Source: Bacteriovoracia bacterium (GTDB taxonomy: Bacteria; Bdellovibrionota; UBA1018; JBFWNL01). From it: a stretch of DNA of 64,000 bases. The notes under the pieces were generated by a model, which had not been told where the DNA came from, did not search any database, and was given only the letters and a program-made list of their open reading frames with translations. The stretch lies in contig JBFWNL010000001.1 of NCBI GenBank assembly GCA_050251055.1, positions 747,825-811,824 on the forward strand, in the 5' to 3' direction. Shown one piece after another: positions 46,721-55,927 of this stretch (positions are counted from its first letter, which is position 1; each line of letters begins with the position of its first letter). The position numbers and the translations under genes are program-made.

Positions 46721-48184
46721 CTATTTCTTGCGTCCTAAGATTCCACAAGCGAACTCGACGAACCGGCGCCCCATACCGATGGCATGAAAGGCGCGAACGG
46801 CTCTCTGCATTTCTGTTTGCAATTTGCGATCCGCGATGAGGGAGCCAAACCGCTCGATCTCGGTAGCTAATGCCAGCTGGCGAGCCGGATTGATCTTCAC
46901 TTCCTTATCTAGATAAGCCAATCGCCGCCGGACGATTTCCGCGAACGGGCCGTCCGGCGCTTTCTTCAGTTCTTCCGCCACGCGTTTCCATGTCGCCTCC
47001 GGCCAATCGGAAGCCAACGCGAGCGTCGCTTCCGCGGCGTCTTGGGCATTCCCCATTCCCGGCAAGCGGAACCGCTGGGTTTTCACCCGATCGATCGCCT
47101 CGTCGAAAATTCGCTCCATATCCGGCCGTACCGCCACGGGTTTAGCTTTCAACGTTGTGCGCGCCTTCTGCCAATCGGCCTCCAGACCGCTACCCAAGCT
47201 TGCGATCTTGCCGCTCACCATTGCCTGGCGTTTTGTGCGATCTTTTTCCTTGGCGACTTGCATGGCAAAATCAAAGTGCTGCGATGGCTGCCCGTTCACC
47301 ATCTTCGGCGCGCCCTCTTCGTATCGAATGCGTGCATCTGCGAAGCCGACGTTTCCGTAATCCGCCATGGCCCCGGAGCGGGAATATTGCATGCCCCAAG
47401 TTTTGCCGTCCAAGATTGGACCATGTCCCTCGGAATAAACGCGACCGAGATGCGCTTGCCTTCCCACGGCCGCCGCCGGGATCTCCATCCCGTCGCGATA
47501 GATGCGAAAGGGGTACTCCATCACGAAATAGCTATCCACAGTTTGCATGGCCGGTCCGCCCGCAGCGTGATCGATGTCCGCTAGGCGCTGCACGAGTTGC
47601 TGCTTGTAAACCTCTTCGAGCGCATTGTGAATACCAACCATACCATCGGTGGCCGCCTGATTCTGCACGCTTTCGATTTCCCGCGCGACTCCATGCGCGG
47701 ATTGAAAATCGCGAATCTGGCGTTCCGCCGATCCCGTCTGCCGCGCCGACAGGCCGTTCCCTTTTAGGTCAACCATACCCGCCACTTCATTTCCGACATT
47801 CATTTCAATCGTGCCGGAACGGTTCCAGCCGGCCTGCCGATAGTCGGCTTTCACGTCATTCGCGTCGAACTCGAAGTCCCGCGTAAAACGCACACCCGCC
47901 AGGCGCAGCTGGGTACGGCTCACATAGCTAGCTTGATCCAAGATCCATTGGTCGATCTGGGCTTCACTCCAGGCGCGGGTAGCCGGAAAGTCTCTTTGAA
48001 TTGCCTCGTAGTTCACCCATACGAGACGGCAGTTTTTCACCCGAACGCTATCGTTATGGAAAACCTCCAAAGGCAGGTCTCCCGACCTACGGGGCCGCCA
48101 AGGCTCGTCGGAGTACGCGGCCGGCGAATATGCGTTTAGAATGAGCAGGCAAAACACCCCCACCCACTTGAACCAAGATGCCAT
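46721..48184 (-). CDS. Secreted SelO/YdiU-like pseudokinase-fold protein (divergent)
   Basis: Signal peptide; RLVWVN, DLKGNG, TDG.....ALEE and ADYGNVGF align by eye with SelO LV..N, QLKGAG, DGRA....IRE and IDYGPFGF. Confidence 0.55.
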   Translation of the reverse strand: MASWFKWVGVFCLLILNAYSPAAYSDEPWRPRRSGDLPLEVFHNDSVRVKNCRLVWVNYEAIQRDFPATRAWSEAQIDQWILDQASYVSRTQLRLAGVRFTRDFEFDANDVKADYRQAGWNRSGTIEMNVGNEVAGMVDLKGNGLSARQTGSAERQIRDFQSAHGVAREIESVQNQAATDGMVGIHNALEEVYKQQLVQRLADIDHAAGGPAMQTVDSYFVMEYPFRIYRDGMEIPAAAVGRQAHLGRVYSEGHGPILDGKTWGMQYSRSGAMADYGNVGFADARIRYEEGAPKMVNGQPSQHFDFAMQVAKEKDRTKRQAMVSGKIASLGSGLEADWQKARTTLKAKPVAVRPDMERIFDEAIDRVKTQRFRLPGMGNAQDAAEATLALASDWPEATWKRVAEELKKAPDGPFAEIVRRRLAYLDKEVKINPARQLALATEIERFGSLIADRKLQTEMQRAVRAFHAIGMGRRFVEFACGILGRKK

Positions 48185-48191
48185 CCGCTTC

Positions 48192-48218
48192 TAATCGGCA
48201 TTTCTGGGCGGACGGTTA
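48192..48218 (-). promoter_or_regulatory. sigma28 (FliA)-like promoter
   Basis: Minus strand TAAC-N15-GCCGATTA, 7 nt before ATG 48184. Confidence 0.6.
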
Positions 48219-48263
48219 AACGGCGGTCAAAATTTTGACCTGGCTGTGGTATGCCTACCCCGA

Positions 48264-49892
48264 ATGATCCATCTCACGAATATCACCAAGAATTACGGCC
48301 AAAAGGTCCTTTATAAAAACGGCAGTTTCCAAATCAACGCCGGCGACAAGATTGGGCTCGTAGGCCCCAATGGCGCGGGCAAAACCACCATTTTCCGTAT
48401 CATCTTGGGTCAAGAACACCTGGACGGGGGCGACGTCGCCAAATCGCCTAACCTCGTCATCGGTTACTTCTCCCAGGACGTAGCCGAAATGCGCGGACGC
48501 TCGGCACTGGAAGAAGTGAAGTCCGGTGCGGGCCGCGTGTCCGAACTCGCCGAAACGATTTCCACCATCGAAAAGCGCCTACAGGACAGCGCCGAGAATC
48601 CCATGGACGACGACGAGATGGCGGCCATTCTGGAGACCTATGGCGAAGCCCAGCTCGAGTTCGAGCAGCGCGGCGGCTACGACCTCGACGCGCGCGCGAA
48701 AACCATCCTCACCGGCTTGGGCGTTGGTCCCGAAGACTATAATCGCCCCGTCGAATCATTCAGCGGCGGCTGGATGATGCGTATCGCGCTCGCCAAGATC
48801 TTGGCCCTGCAGCCCGACGTACTATTAATGGACGAGCCGACCAACCACTTGGACCTCGAGTCCATCGAGTGGCTCGAAGCCTGGTTGAAAGACTTCAAGG
48901 GCTCGATCGTCATGACGAGCCACGATCGCGAGTTCATGAACCGAGTCGTGAACCGCATCGTCGAAATCGCTAATCAGGCGATCACCGTCTACACCGGTAA
49001 CTACGATTTCTACGTGCGTGAGCGCGACATCCGCCGCGAACAGCTCCTCGCCGCCCACCGCAAGCAGCAGGACATGCTCGCAAAGGAGGAGGAGTTCATC
49101 GCCAAGTTCGCGGCGCGCGCGTCGCACGCGGCACAGGTCCAGTCGCGCGTGAAAAAACTGGAAAAGATCGACCGCATCGAGATTCCCGCCGAGGAAAAAA
49201 CCATGCAGTTCGAGTTTCCCACCCCGCCCCGCAGCGGCGACGACGTGGTGAAGCTCGATAATCTGGGTAAACGCTACCCCAAGGATGGTGGCGGCGAGAA
49301 ACTCGTTTTTTCAGGCGCTACGGGCATGGTGCGCCGGCTCGATAAAATTGCGGTGGTAGGCGTGAACGGTGCCGGAAAATCCACCCTCCTTCGCATCATG
49401 GCGGGTTTAGCGGAAGCGACCGAAGGCTCGGCCAAGATGGGGCCTTCCGTGAAGATGGGTTACTTCAGCCAGCATTCCCTGGAAGTACTAAGTTCGAACA
49501 AGACAATCTTCGACGAAATCTCGGATCGCATCCCCCATAGCACCATCGGCTACGTACGAAACCTACTGGGTGCCTTCCTTTTCAGTGGCGACGACGTCTA
49601 TAAGAAGATCAGCGTGCTCTCCGGCGGCGAAAAATCCCGCGTGGTGCTCGCTACCATTCTCGCGAATCCGGTGAATTTCCTGATCCTCGACGAGCCGACC
49701 AATCACTTGGATATCAAATCGCGCGAGATGCTGATGGATGCCGTGCGGAAATTCGATGGCACGGTCGCGCTCGTGAGCCACGATCGCCACTTTTTGAAAG
49801 CGATCGCCAATCGCGTCTTCGAAGTCGGCAAGGGCCGCCTGAACGTCTACGAAGGGTCCTACGCCGAATACCTCGAGCGCCGCCCGCACTAG
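48264..49892 (+). CDS. ABC-F family ATP-binding protein
   Basis: Two ABC domains (GPNGAGKT, FSGGW, DEPTNHLD; GVNGAGKS, LSGGE), no TM segments. Confidence 0.95.
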   Translation: MIHLTNITKNYGQKVLYKNGSFQINAGDKIGLVGPNGAGKTTIFRIILGQEHLDGGDVAKSPNLVIGYFSQDVAEMRGRSALEEVKSGAGRVSELAETISTIEKRLQDSAENPMDDDEMAAILETYGEAQLEFEQRGGYDLDARAKTILTGLGVGPEDYNRPVESFSGGWMMRIALAKILALQPDVLLMDEPTNHLDLESIEWLEAWLKDFKGSIVMTSHDREFMNRVVNRIVEIANQAITVYTGNYDFYVRERDIRREQLLAAHRKQQDMLAKEEEFIAKFAARASHAAQVQSRVKKLEKIDRIEIPAEEKTMQFEFPTPPRSGDDVVKLDNLGKRYPKDGGGEKLVFSGATGMVRRLDKIAVVGVNGAGKSTLLRIMAGLAEATEGSAKMGPSVKMGYFSQHSLEVLSSNKTIFDEISDRIPHSTIGYVRNLLGAFLFSGDDVYKKISVLSGGEKSRVVLATILANPVNFLILDEPTNHLDIKSREMLMDAVRKFDGTVALVSHDRHFLKAIANRVFEVGKGRLNVYEGSYAEYLERRPH

Positions 49893-49901
49893 GCTTCGGC
49901 G

Positions 49902-50549
49902 CTATTCGCGCACGGACCCCAGTGCCTGCTGGAGCTTGCGCTTATAGTGGATATTCGCGAGAACGAAGCCGCCATAAGTAAGCGCCAGCCAAATCGGAAT
50001 TACGAACGGTCCCAGCTGCCTGAAACTGAATCCCCATTGGGCCTCTACCTCGATACTCACCAGGACGGTCGCGATCGCGCCCGCAAACGGCATGAGCACG
50101 ATCGTACCGCATCCATAGTAAGCGCCCGTGCTCTCGCCGTGCTCCTTCCACTGCGCGGGCGTCATCTTGGAGCGTTCGTCACGCTCGGCCTTCGCCAGCG
50201 CGCGTTTGCTGGCGTCCGCTCGCCTTCCGTACGGCAAGATTTCGTTGAGATAAGGCACGAGATACAAGCTCGTGAGCAAGCCCATCACGAGCGAAACCAC
50301 CTGACGAAACGAAGATCGGGTGATCGCCTTGCGGCCATTGATCCATTCCCAATCGTTTGGAATGAACTGCAAAACGAAGCGATGAAAAAGAAACGTGTTC
50401 AGCGCAAAGAGTCCAAACCACATCAACGTGTGGGCGACCTGAATCCATCCCACCTTGTCCTTACGGGAAAACTTCCAGAACGGTTTGAGTCGGGATCGAT
50501 CCATAAGTTTAGTTTGACGGGCACGGCTCCCTGAATCAACTGATTCCAT
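49902..50549 (-). CDS. Hypothetical membrane protein (4 TM)
   Basis: Four hydrophobic segments; start uncertain. Confidence 0.6.
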   Translation of the reverse strand: MESVDSGSRARQTKLMDRSRLKPFWKFSRKDKVGWIQVAHTLMWFGLFALNTFLFHRFVLQFIPNDWEWINGRKAITRSSFRQVVSLVMGLLTSLYLVPYLNEILPYGRRADASKRALAKAERDERSKMTPAQWKEHGESTGAYYGCGTIVLMPFAGAIATVLVSIEVEAQWGFSFRQLGPFVIPIWLALTYGGFVLANIHYKRKLQQALGSVRE

Positions 50550-50666
50550 TGACGCAACCCGCCCTAACCCTCTAATTCCATAACATTTTCTTTTTATCTA
50601 GACGCATCGCATATTGATTATTTATAATAATTAACAATAATATTTTATTTTAACAAGGACGTGGCC

Positions 50667-51818
50667 ATGAACACCCCCCGCCTTCAGCCAATCCAGCCGC
50701 CTTCGATCCAACTCCTCCTTGCCGTCGCCAGCTTAGTTGCGACTGCGGGCTGCCAAATCGGCGAAACCGAGCAGGACCTCATCTTAAACGCCTTCGCCCC
50801 CAATCCCGGCCCGAGCTCGACTCCCACGCCCCCGGTGCCACCCCCCCTTTGCTACAGTGAGCGCACGGTTCAACCGTCCGTTCAGGTCACCAATAAACTG
50901 GATTTACTGTTTGCCGTCGACACCTCCGGCTCGCTTGCCGAAGAGCGCGCCGCCATCGCGAACGGTATCGACGCGTTCGTCGCCCAACTTCCCGCCAACG
51001 TCAATTTGCGTGTAGGCGTGATGCTCGGACACGCGCAAAGCCAATGGTCCGGCGCGCTTTACAAGAAAGGCTCCGAACCGCATGTCCTCAGCTCCGAAAC
51101 CATGACCTTGGCCCAGATCCGCACCCAATTGGGAAACAAGCTCTCTAACCCCGCGCAGGAAACCATCACCGATTTCGGCGAAGCGACCCTGTATTCCCTT
51201 CACCGCGCGGTGAGCGAACCCGCGAAGCTGGCCGCTATCCAGAGCCAAGGTTTTTTCCGAAACGACGCCGCCCTGGCCGTAATTTTCGTCAGCGACGAAA
51301 ACGATATCTGCGCGATCTACCCGGCGGGCGTTACCCGCGTGCCAGATCCGGATAATCTCGAGCTTCCCGCCTTCAATCAGTTTTGCTCTCCCGGAGGACA
51401 AGCGCTCACCCCGGGACGCTTGGTCACGGAGCTGCATCAGCTGAAGGGTTTTCAACCCCTCGTACTGTCGGCGATCGTCTATAACAATGCGGCCACGATG
51501 CCGATCTACGGCGAAAACGAAATCGGCTACGGCTACATCGAGACCGTCCAAGCCGATAATGGGCTCGTCATCGACCTAGGCAGCGGCAACTACCAAAACG
51601 GCCTCGCGCAACTGGGCGCGCTCGCTTCGATCGAGCTAAACCTCCTGACGGATTTCACGTTGCAGCATTCCCCCGTGAACCAAGCTTCGCTCGACGTACA
51701 AATCGACGGAATCGGAACCGGCGACTATGCCTTCAACCCGGCGACAAACACCGTGCACATTGATCAGCCAGGCGGAGCGAACTCGGTGGTCGACATCACT
51801 TACTGCCTCGAAGATTAA
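50667..51818 (+). CDS. vWA-domain lipoprotein
   Basis: Lipobox TAGC; DLLFAVDTSGSL (MIDAS), FFRNDAALAVIFVSDEND. Confidence 0.85.
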   Translation: MNTPRLQPIQPPSIQLLLAVASLVATAGCQIGETEQDLILNAFAPNPGPSSTPTPPVPPPLCYSERTVQPSVQVTNKLDLLFAVDTSGSLAEERAAIANGIDAFVAQLPANVNLRVGVMLGHAQSQWSGALYKKGSEPHVLSSETMTLAQIRTQLGNKLSNPAQETITDFGEATLYSLHRAVSEPAKLAAIQSQGFFRNDAALAVIFVSDENDICAIYPAGVTRVPDPDNLELPAFNQFCSPGGQALTPGRLVTELHQLKGFQPLVLSAIVYNNAATMPIYGENEIGYGYIETVQADNGLVIDLGSGNYQNGLAQLGALASIELNLLTDFTLQHSPVNQASLDVQIDGIGTGDYAFNPATNTVHIDQPGGANSVVDITYCLED

Positions 51819-51961
51819 GGCCGCCCAATTCTTAAGATCACGTCAAGAAAGCGCCGAAAATGCGTCTTTTTTGACACATTCTCAGATTGCTCGGCATTTG
51901 TTACCCTCTGTCTATTACAAGCCATTTCCTCTAACATGGTACGTAGGAGATTGAGGAAGGT

Positions 51962-52198
51962 ATGCAGCAACTTTGGACTAAAATCACCGTTGGCGGCGGT
52001 ATATTCCTTTTAGCGAGCGTGTTTTCGCCGGATCTTTCGGCGTGGGCCGCGGACGAGGAAGAAAACAAGGCCACCCAGGAGGACGCCGAGATGGCGGCCA
52101 CCGAAGCGCAGCTGGCCGCTAGCTTTATCGATGCCGATTTTGGCAACGTCGAGCCCCCCACGGAGCTACCGTCGTTTAATGCGGCTACGGGCCTATAG
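51962..52198 (+). CDS. Small secreted acidic protein
   Basis: GAGGAAGG RBS; signal ending AWA-A; short 3' overlap with trpS. Confidence 0.5.
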   Translation: MQQLWTKITVGGGIFLLASVFSPDLSAWAADEEENKATQEDAEMAATEAQLAASFIDADFGNVEPPTELPSFNAATGL

Positions 52199-53189
52199 AG
52201 GGAAGAAAACCCAGCCGCTCGTAGACTTTTTTAAGCGTAACCGCCGCGCGCGCCTGCGCGCGCTCCGCGCCCTTTTTCAGTACGGAATCAAGATATTTCC
52301 GATCTGCTAGCAGCCGCGCCGCCTCGTCCCGGATCGGTTTCAGCGCATTCACGACAATTTCCGCCGTCTCCACCTTCAGATGCCCATACTGCTTGCCGGC
52401 GTAACTGACCGCGATCTCCTCGGGCGTCTTGCCCAGTAGCGCGGCCTGGATGGACAAAAGGTTCGAAACGCCCGGTTTTTCGTCGGCGTATGCGATCTCG
52501 CTGCCCGAATCAGTTACCGCGCGCTTGAGCTTGTTGGTAATCTGGGCATCCGTATCGCTCAAAAACACCGCACCTGCGGGCTCCGACTTACTCATCTTCG
52601 CCGTCGGATTTTGCAGATCCATAATACGGCTGCCGATCTTGGCGATGTACGGCTCGGGCACCACGAAGAGGTCTTTTCCGTAGACGTTATTCATGCGGAT
52701 GGCGAGATCACGCGTAAGCTCTAAATGCTGTTTCTGATCATCCCCCACGGGCACGACATGAGTTCCGTACAGCAGAATATCCGCCGCCATCAGCACCGGG
52801 TAATCGAAAAGTCCTACCGGAATATTTTGTCCGGCCTTTGCGCTCTTATCCTTATACTGGGTCATGCGTCCCAGCTCGCCCATGTAGGCGAAGCAGTTGA
52901 GCACCCAACCGAGCTCGGCGTGCGCCGGCACATGGGACTGCACGAAAAGCGTGCAGGCGTTGGGATCCAGCCCGGCCGCGAGGTAAGTCGCGATCGCGAA
53001 GTAGGTATTGTCGCGCAGCTGCTTCGGATCCTGCCGCACGGTGATCGAATGCAAGTCCACCAAGAAGAACAAGCAATCGTAGTCTTTCTGTAACTGCACC
53101 CAATTTCGGATCGCGCCCAGGTAGTTCCCGAGCTGGATCTGGCTCGTGGGTTGTACTGCCGACAGCATGATTTTCTTGGAGGCCGACAT
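52185..53189 (-). CDS. trpS: Tryptophan--tRNA ligase
   Basis: QLGNYLGA, YPVLMAADIL, VPVGDDQKQHLE, KMSKS. Confidence 0.97.
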   Translation of the reverse strand: MSASKKIMLSAVQPTSQIQLGNYLGAIRNWVQLQKDYDCLFFLVDLHSITVRQDPKQLRDNTYFAIATYLAAGLDPNACTLFVQSHVPAHAELGWVLNCFAYMGELGRMTQYKDKSAKAGQNIPVGLFDYPVLMAADILLYGTHVVPVGDDQKQHLELTRDLAIRMNNVYGKDLFVVPEPYIAKIGSRIMDLQNPTAKMSKSEPAGAVFLSDTDAQITNKLKRAVTDSGSEIAYADEKPGVSNLLSIQAALLGKTPEEIAVSYAGKQYGHLKVETAEIVVNALKPIRDEAARLLADRKYLDSVLKKGAERAQARAAVTLKKVYERLGFLPSIGP

Positions 53190-53215
53190 CGCGTTTCCTT
53201 ATAATAAACTTTACG

Positions 53216-53893
53216 TCACATCAGCCCGAACAAGTGGGCCATGAGATTCACCGATTGAGTGGCCAGGAAATGGATCGGGATGCCGATAATCTGGATCGCG
53301 CCCGTCATGATGAGCGCCAGGATGATCCAAAAACTATACTGGGCCATCGCTTCGTACTTCTGCGTCGCCGTGTAGGAGAGAAAGCTTTGAATCATCTTAC
53401 TCCCGTCGAGCGGGGGAATCGGCAATAGGTTGAAGATCGCCAACGAAAAGTTGAGCCCCACCGCGACCTGCGCCATCTGAAAAAGCGGCTCATAAAGATA
53501 AAACTCATTCGAGGAGAAGCGCAGAAGCGCGCACAAGAAGGCCGCCGCGAGCAACGCAAGCGTAATGTTCATGAGCGGGCCGGCGAAGGAAACCCAAAAC
53601 AACCCCGAACGGTACTTTTTGAAACGGTTGGGATTGATCGGCACCGGCTTCGCCCAACCGAAAAGGATGGGGGAATTGGTGGCGAACATCATGAGCGGCA
53701 AAATGACCGTGCCCATCAGATCCATGTGGGGAGCCGGGTTCATGGTCAACCGGCCGGAATCCCGCGCCGTATTATCGCCCCATTTACTGGCCACGAAGCC
53801 GTGCGCGAATTCATGCAGCACCACCGCCATGATAAACGGAACTATATTGATCGCCAGTCGTTGCATGAGGAGGTTCAGATCGAAGTCACCCAT
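53216..53893 (-). CDS. Site-2 protease family (M50) protein
   Basis: HEFAHG, FGWAKPVP, AGPLMN, FNLLPIPPLDG. Confidence 0.93.
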   Translation of the reverse strand: MGDFDLNLLMQRLAINIVPFIMAVVLHEFAHGFVASKWGDNTARDSGRLTMNPAPHMDLMGTVILPLMMFATNSPILFGWAKPVPINPNRFKKYRSGLFWVSFAGPLMNITLALLAAAFLCALLRFSSNEFYLYEPLFQMAQVAVGLNFSLAIFNLLPIPPLDGSKMIQSFLSYTATQKYEAMAQYSFWIILALIMTGAIQIIGIPIHFLATQSVNLMAHLFGLM

Positions 53894-53914
53894 GCCGGCA
53901 TCCTAACATAGTTT

Positions 53915-54868
53915 TTAGCCGCGGGGGTGATGCTTGCGATGAACCTGCTTTAAATGATCGGGTGCTACGGCGGTATAGATCTGGGTCGTACTCAGATCCG
54001 AATGGCCCAGCAACATTTGCAAGGAGCGCAAATTCATACCGGATTGCAATAGATGAGTCGCGAACGAGTGACGTAAAACGTGGGGTGAAATGGGCGCCGA
54101 AATCCCTGCCACGACCGCCAAGCGCTTGAGGGTCTTCCAAAATGCTTGCCGGGTTAAGCCTTCCCCGCGCTGACTGAGGAATACCTGGGGCGTAGGCGAG
54201 CGCACGAGGTGCGCACGGTGGTGCTCCAAGTATTCATGCAAAACCTCTCCGGCCGCCGGCGCGAAAGGAACCACGCGCTCCTTACCGCCCTTACCGATCA
54301 CCCGCAGGTAGGCGTTTGCCCCATCAATCGCGGGCAAGGACAAACCCACGAGCTCGGAAACCCGCAAGCCCGTGGCGTATAAAATAAAGATCATCGCCCG
54401 ATCGCGCGCGCGCAGCGCCCCCGCGACTTTCTCGGCTTTTTCCTTATCTTTTACGCCTACGTCATAGGGCAACCCAGCGTGCGCGCACTTCAGCAGCGCC
54501 TCGATATCGGCCATACTCAGGCTTTTGGGTAAACGCCGATCCGCTTTGGGTGACGCCAAAAGGTCCGTAGGATTTTGTTCGAGTAACTCTTCGAGGCAAC
54601 AAAACTTGAAGAACTGCTTCAGGGTGCTGACCTTGCGACGGATGGAGGCGGCCTTTTGTGCCTGTCTGCGAAGTCCGCGAAAGAAGCTCTCCAAATCGGC
54701 GGCTTCAATCGTGCCTAGCGCCTTGCCCTCCGGGAGCGTCGAGAAGAACTGGAGGAGATCTCGCCGATAGGACTCCAAAGTGTGCTGCGATGCGCCACGA
54801 TCAAGCCGTTTCGCATTCAGAAACTCATGCACGGCATCGGGAGCGGAGGGTTTTGCGCGATCGCCCAT
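53915..54868 (-). CDS. xerD: Site-specific tyrosine recombinase XerD
   Basis: LYATGLRVSEL, GKGGKER, SPHVLRHSFATH, LLGHSDLSTTQIYT, HHPRG. Confidence 0.9.
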   Translation of the reverse strand: MGDRAKPSAPDAVHEFLNAKRLDRGASQHTLESYRRDLLQFFSTLPEGKALGTIEAADLESFFRGLRRQAQKAASIRRKVSTLKQFFKFCCLEELLEQNPTDLLASPKADRRLPKSLSMADIEALLKCAHAGLPYDVGVKDKEKAEKVAGALRARDRAMIFILYATGLRVSELVGLSLPAIDGANAYLRVIGKGGKERVVPFAPAAGEVLHEYLEHHRAHLVRSPTPQVFLSQRGEGLTRQAFWKTLKRLAVVAGISAPISPHVLRHSFATHLLQSGMNLRSLQMLLGHSDLSTTQIYTAVAPDHLKQVHRKHHPRG

Positions 54869-55024
54869 CCCCTTAATATAACAAGCATTTAGAATGATTG
54901 TGCATTTATTATCTAAATTTCTTGGGTCTTGCCTTATCAAAACACTTCGATATGATGGTTCGAGTTTGGGCCCTGTGGGGGGTGCCAAAAAACTAACGCT
55001 ACTTGTACCCGTAGGAGACTTCCG

Positions 55025-55927
55025 TTGGTTCATCACCGCGTACCGATCACGATCCGCCTCGAAAGCTTCGAAGGCCCACTCGATCTACTCCTCTACCTGA
55101 TTCAAACGCATGACCTCGACATCTCGAAGGTTTCGCTATCCAAGATCACCGATCAGTTCGTGGCCTACGTTCGGCTCCTGCAGGAGCTGAACTTCGACTT
55201 CGCGTCCGACTTTCTCGTGATGGCCGCCACCCTCGTACAGTGGAAAAGCAAAGCCATCCTGCCCAACGAAAATCAAGATCAGCTCGCCGCCGGCGAAGAG
55301 GAAGAGCAAGGGATGTCGCAGGAAGATCTGCTGCGCCAGTTGCTCGAGCACCAACGATTCCTGGCCGCGGGCGACGATCTAGCGCAGATGCCGCGCCTCT
55401 GGGAAGACGTTTTCGTGCGACCGAATGCAAAGCCCCCCACCCACCGTATCTGGCGGGAAATGAACGCAACGGATCTAGCGCTCAGCTACCAGGACAGCCT
55501 CACGCGCGCGCGCAAGCGCAAGCAGATCCTTCGCAAGGAAACGGTTTCGCTCACGGAAAAGATCATGGAGTTCGGTCGACGCTTGGAGATGGGCAAGATG
55601 ACCGAGTTCGCCGAACTCATCACGCTCACGGGCGACCGGCCCGAAACCGTCGTGACCTTCCTCGCCTCGCTCGAGCTTTCGCGTCTCAAGCGCATGCGAA
55701 TGCACCAGGAGCAGACTTACGGACCGATCTACCTCGAGCTCATCGAAACCCTACGCGGCTTCGATATGACGCTCGCCTCCGGATTTGATTTACCGCCGTC
55801 GGCAAACCTCATTACTTCCGTGGAGGCGGCCGCGAAGGCCGCCGAAATCGCCAACCTTTCCGATGCTGAGCAAGTCCAGCTCGCCGCCGTACCGCCTGAC
55901 GCGGCCCCTGAAGGAGCCCATTTATGA
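55025..55927 (+). CDS. scpA: Segregation and condensation protein A
   Basis: FEGPLDLLLYLI, FLVMAATL, TFLASLEL. Confidence 0.93.
   Translation: MVHHRVPITIRLESFEGPLDLLLYLIQTHDLDISKVSLSKITDQFVAYVRLLQELNFDFASDFLVMAATLVQWKSKAILPNENQDQLAAGEEEEQGMSQEDLLRQLLEHQRFLAAGDDLAQMPRLWEDVFVRPNAKPPTHRIWREMNATDLALSYQDSLTRARKRKQILRKETVSLTEKIMEFGRRLEMGKMTEFAELITLTGDRPETVVTFLASLELSRLKRMRMHQEQTYGPIYLELIETLRGFDMTLASGFDLPPSANLITSVEAAAKAAEIANLSDAEQVQLAAVPPDAAPEGAHL

Noticed and set aside
53915-54868. Tyrosine recombinase as a mobile-element or integron integrase
   Set aside because: XerD-type sequence in housekeeping context; the hairpins at 43539 and 46125 lack attC RYYYAAC/GTTRRRY ends.
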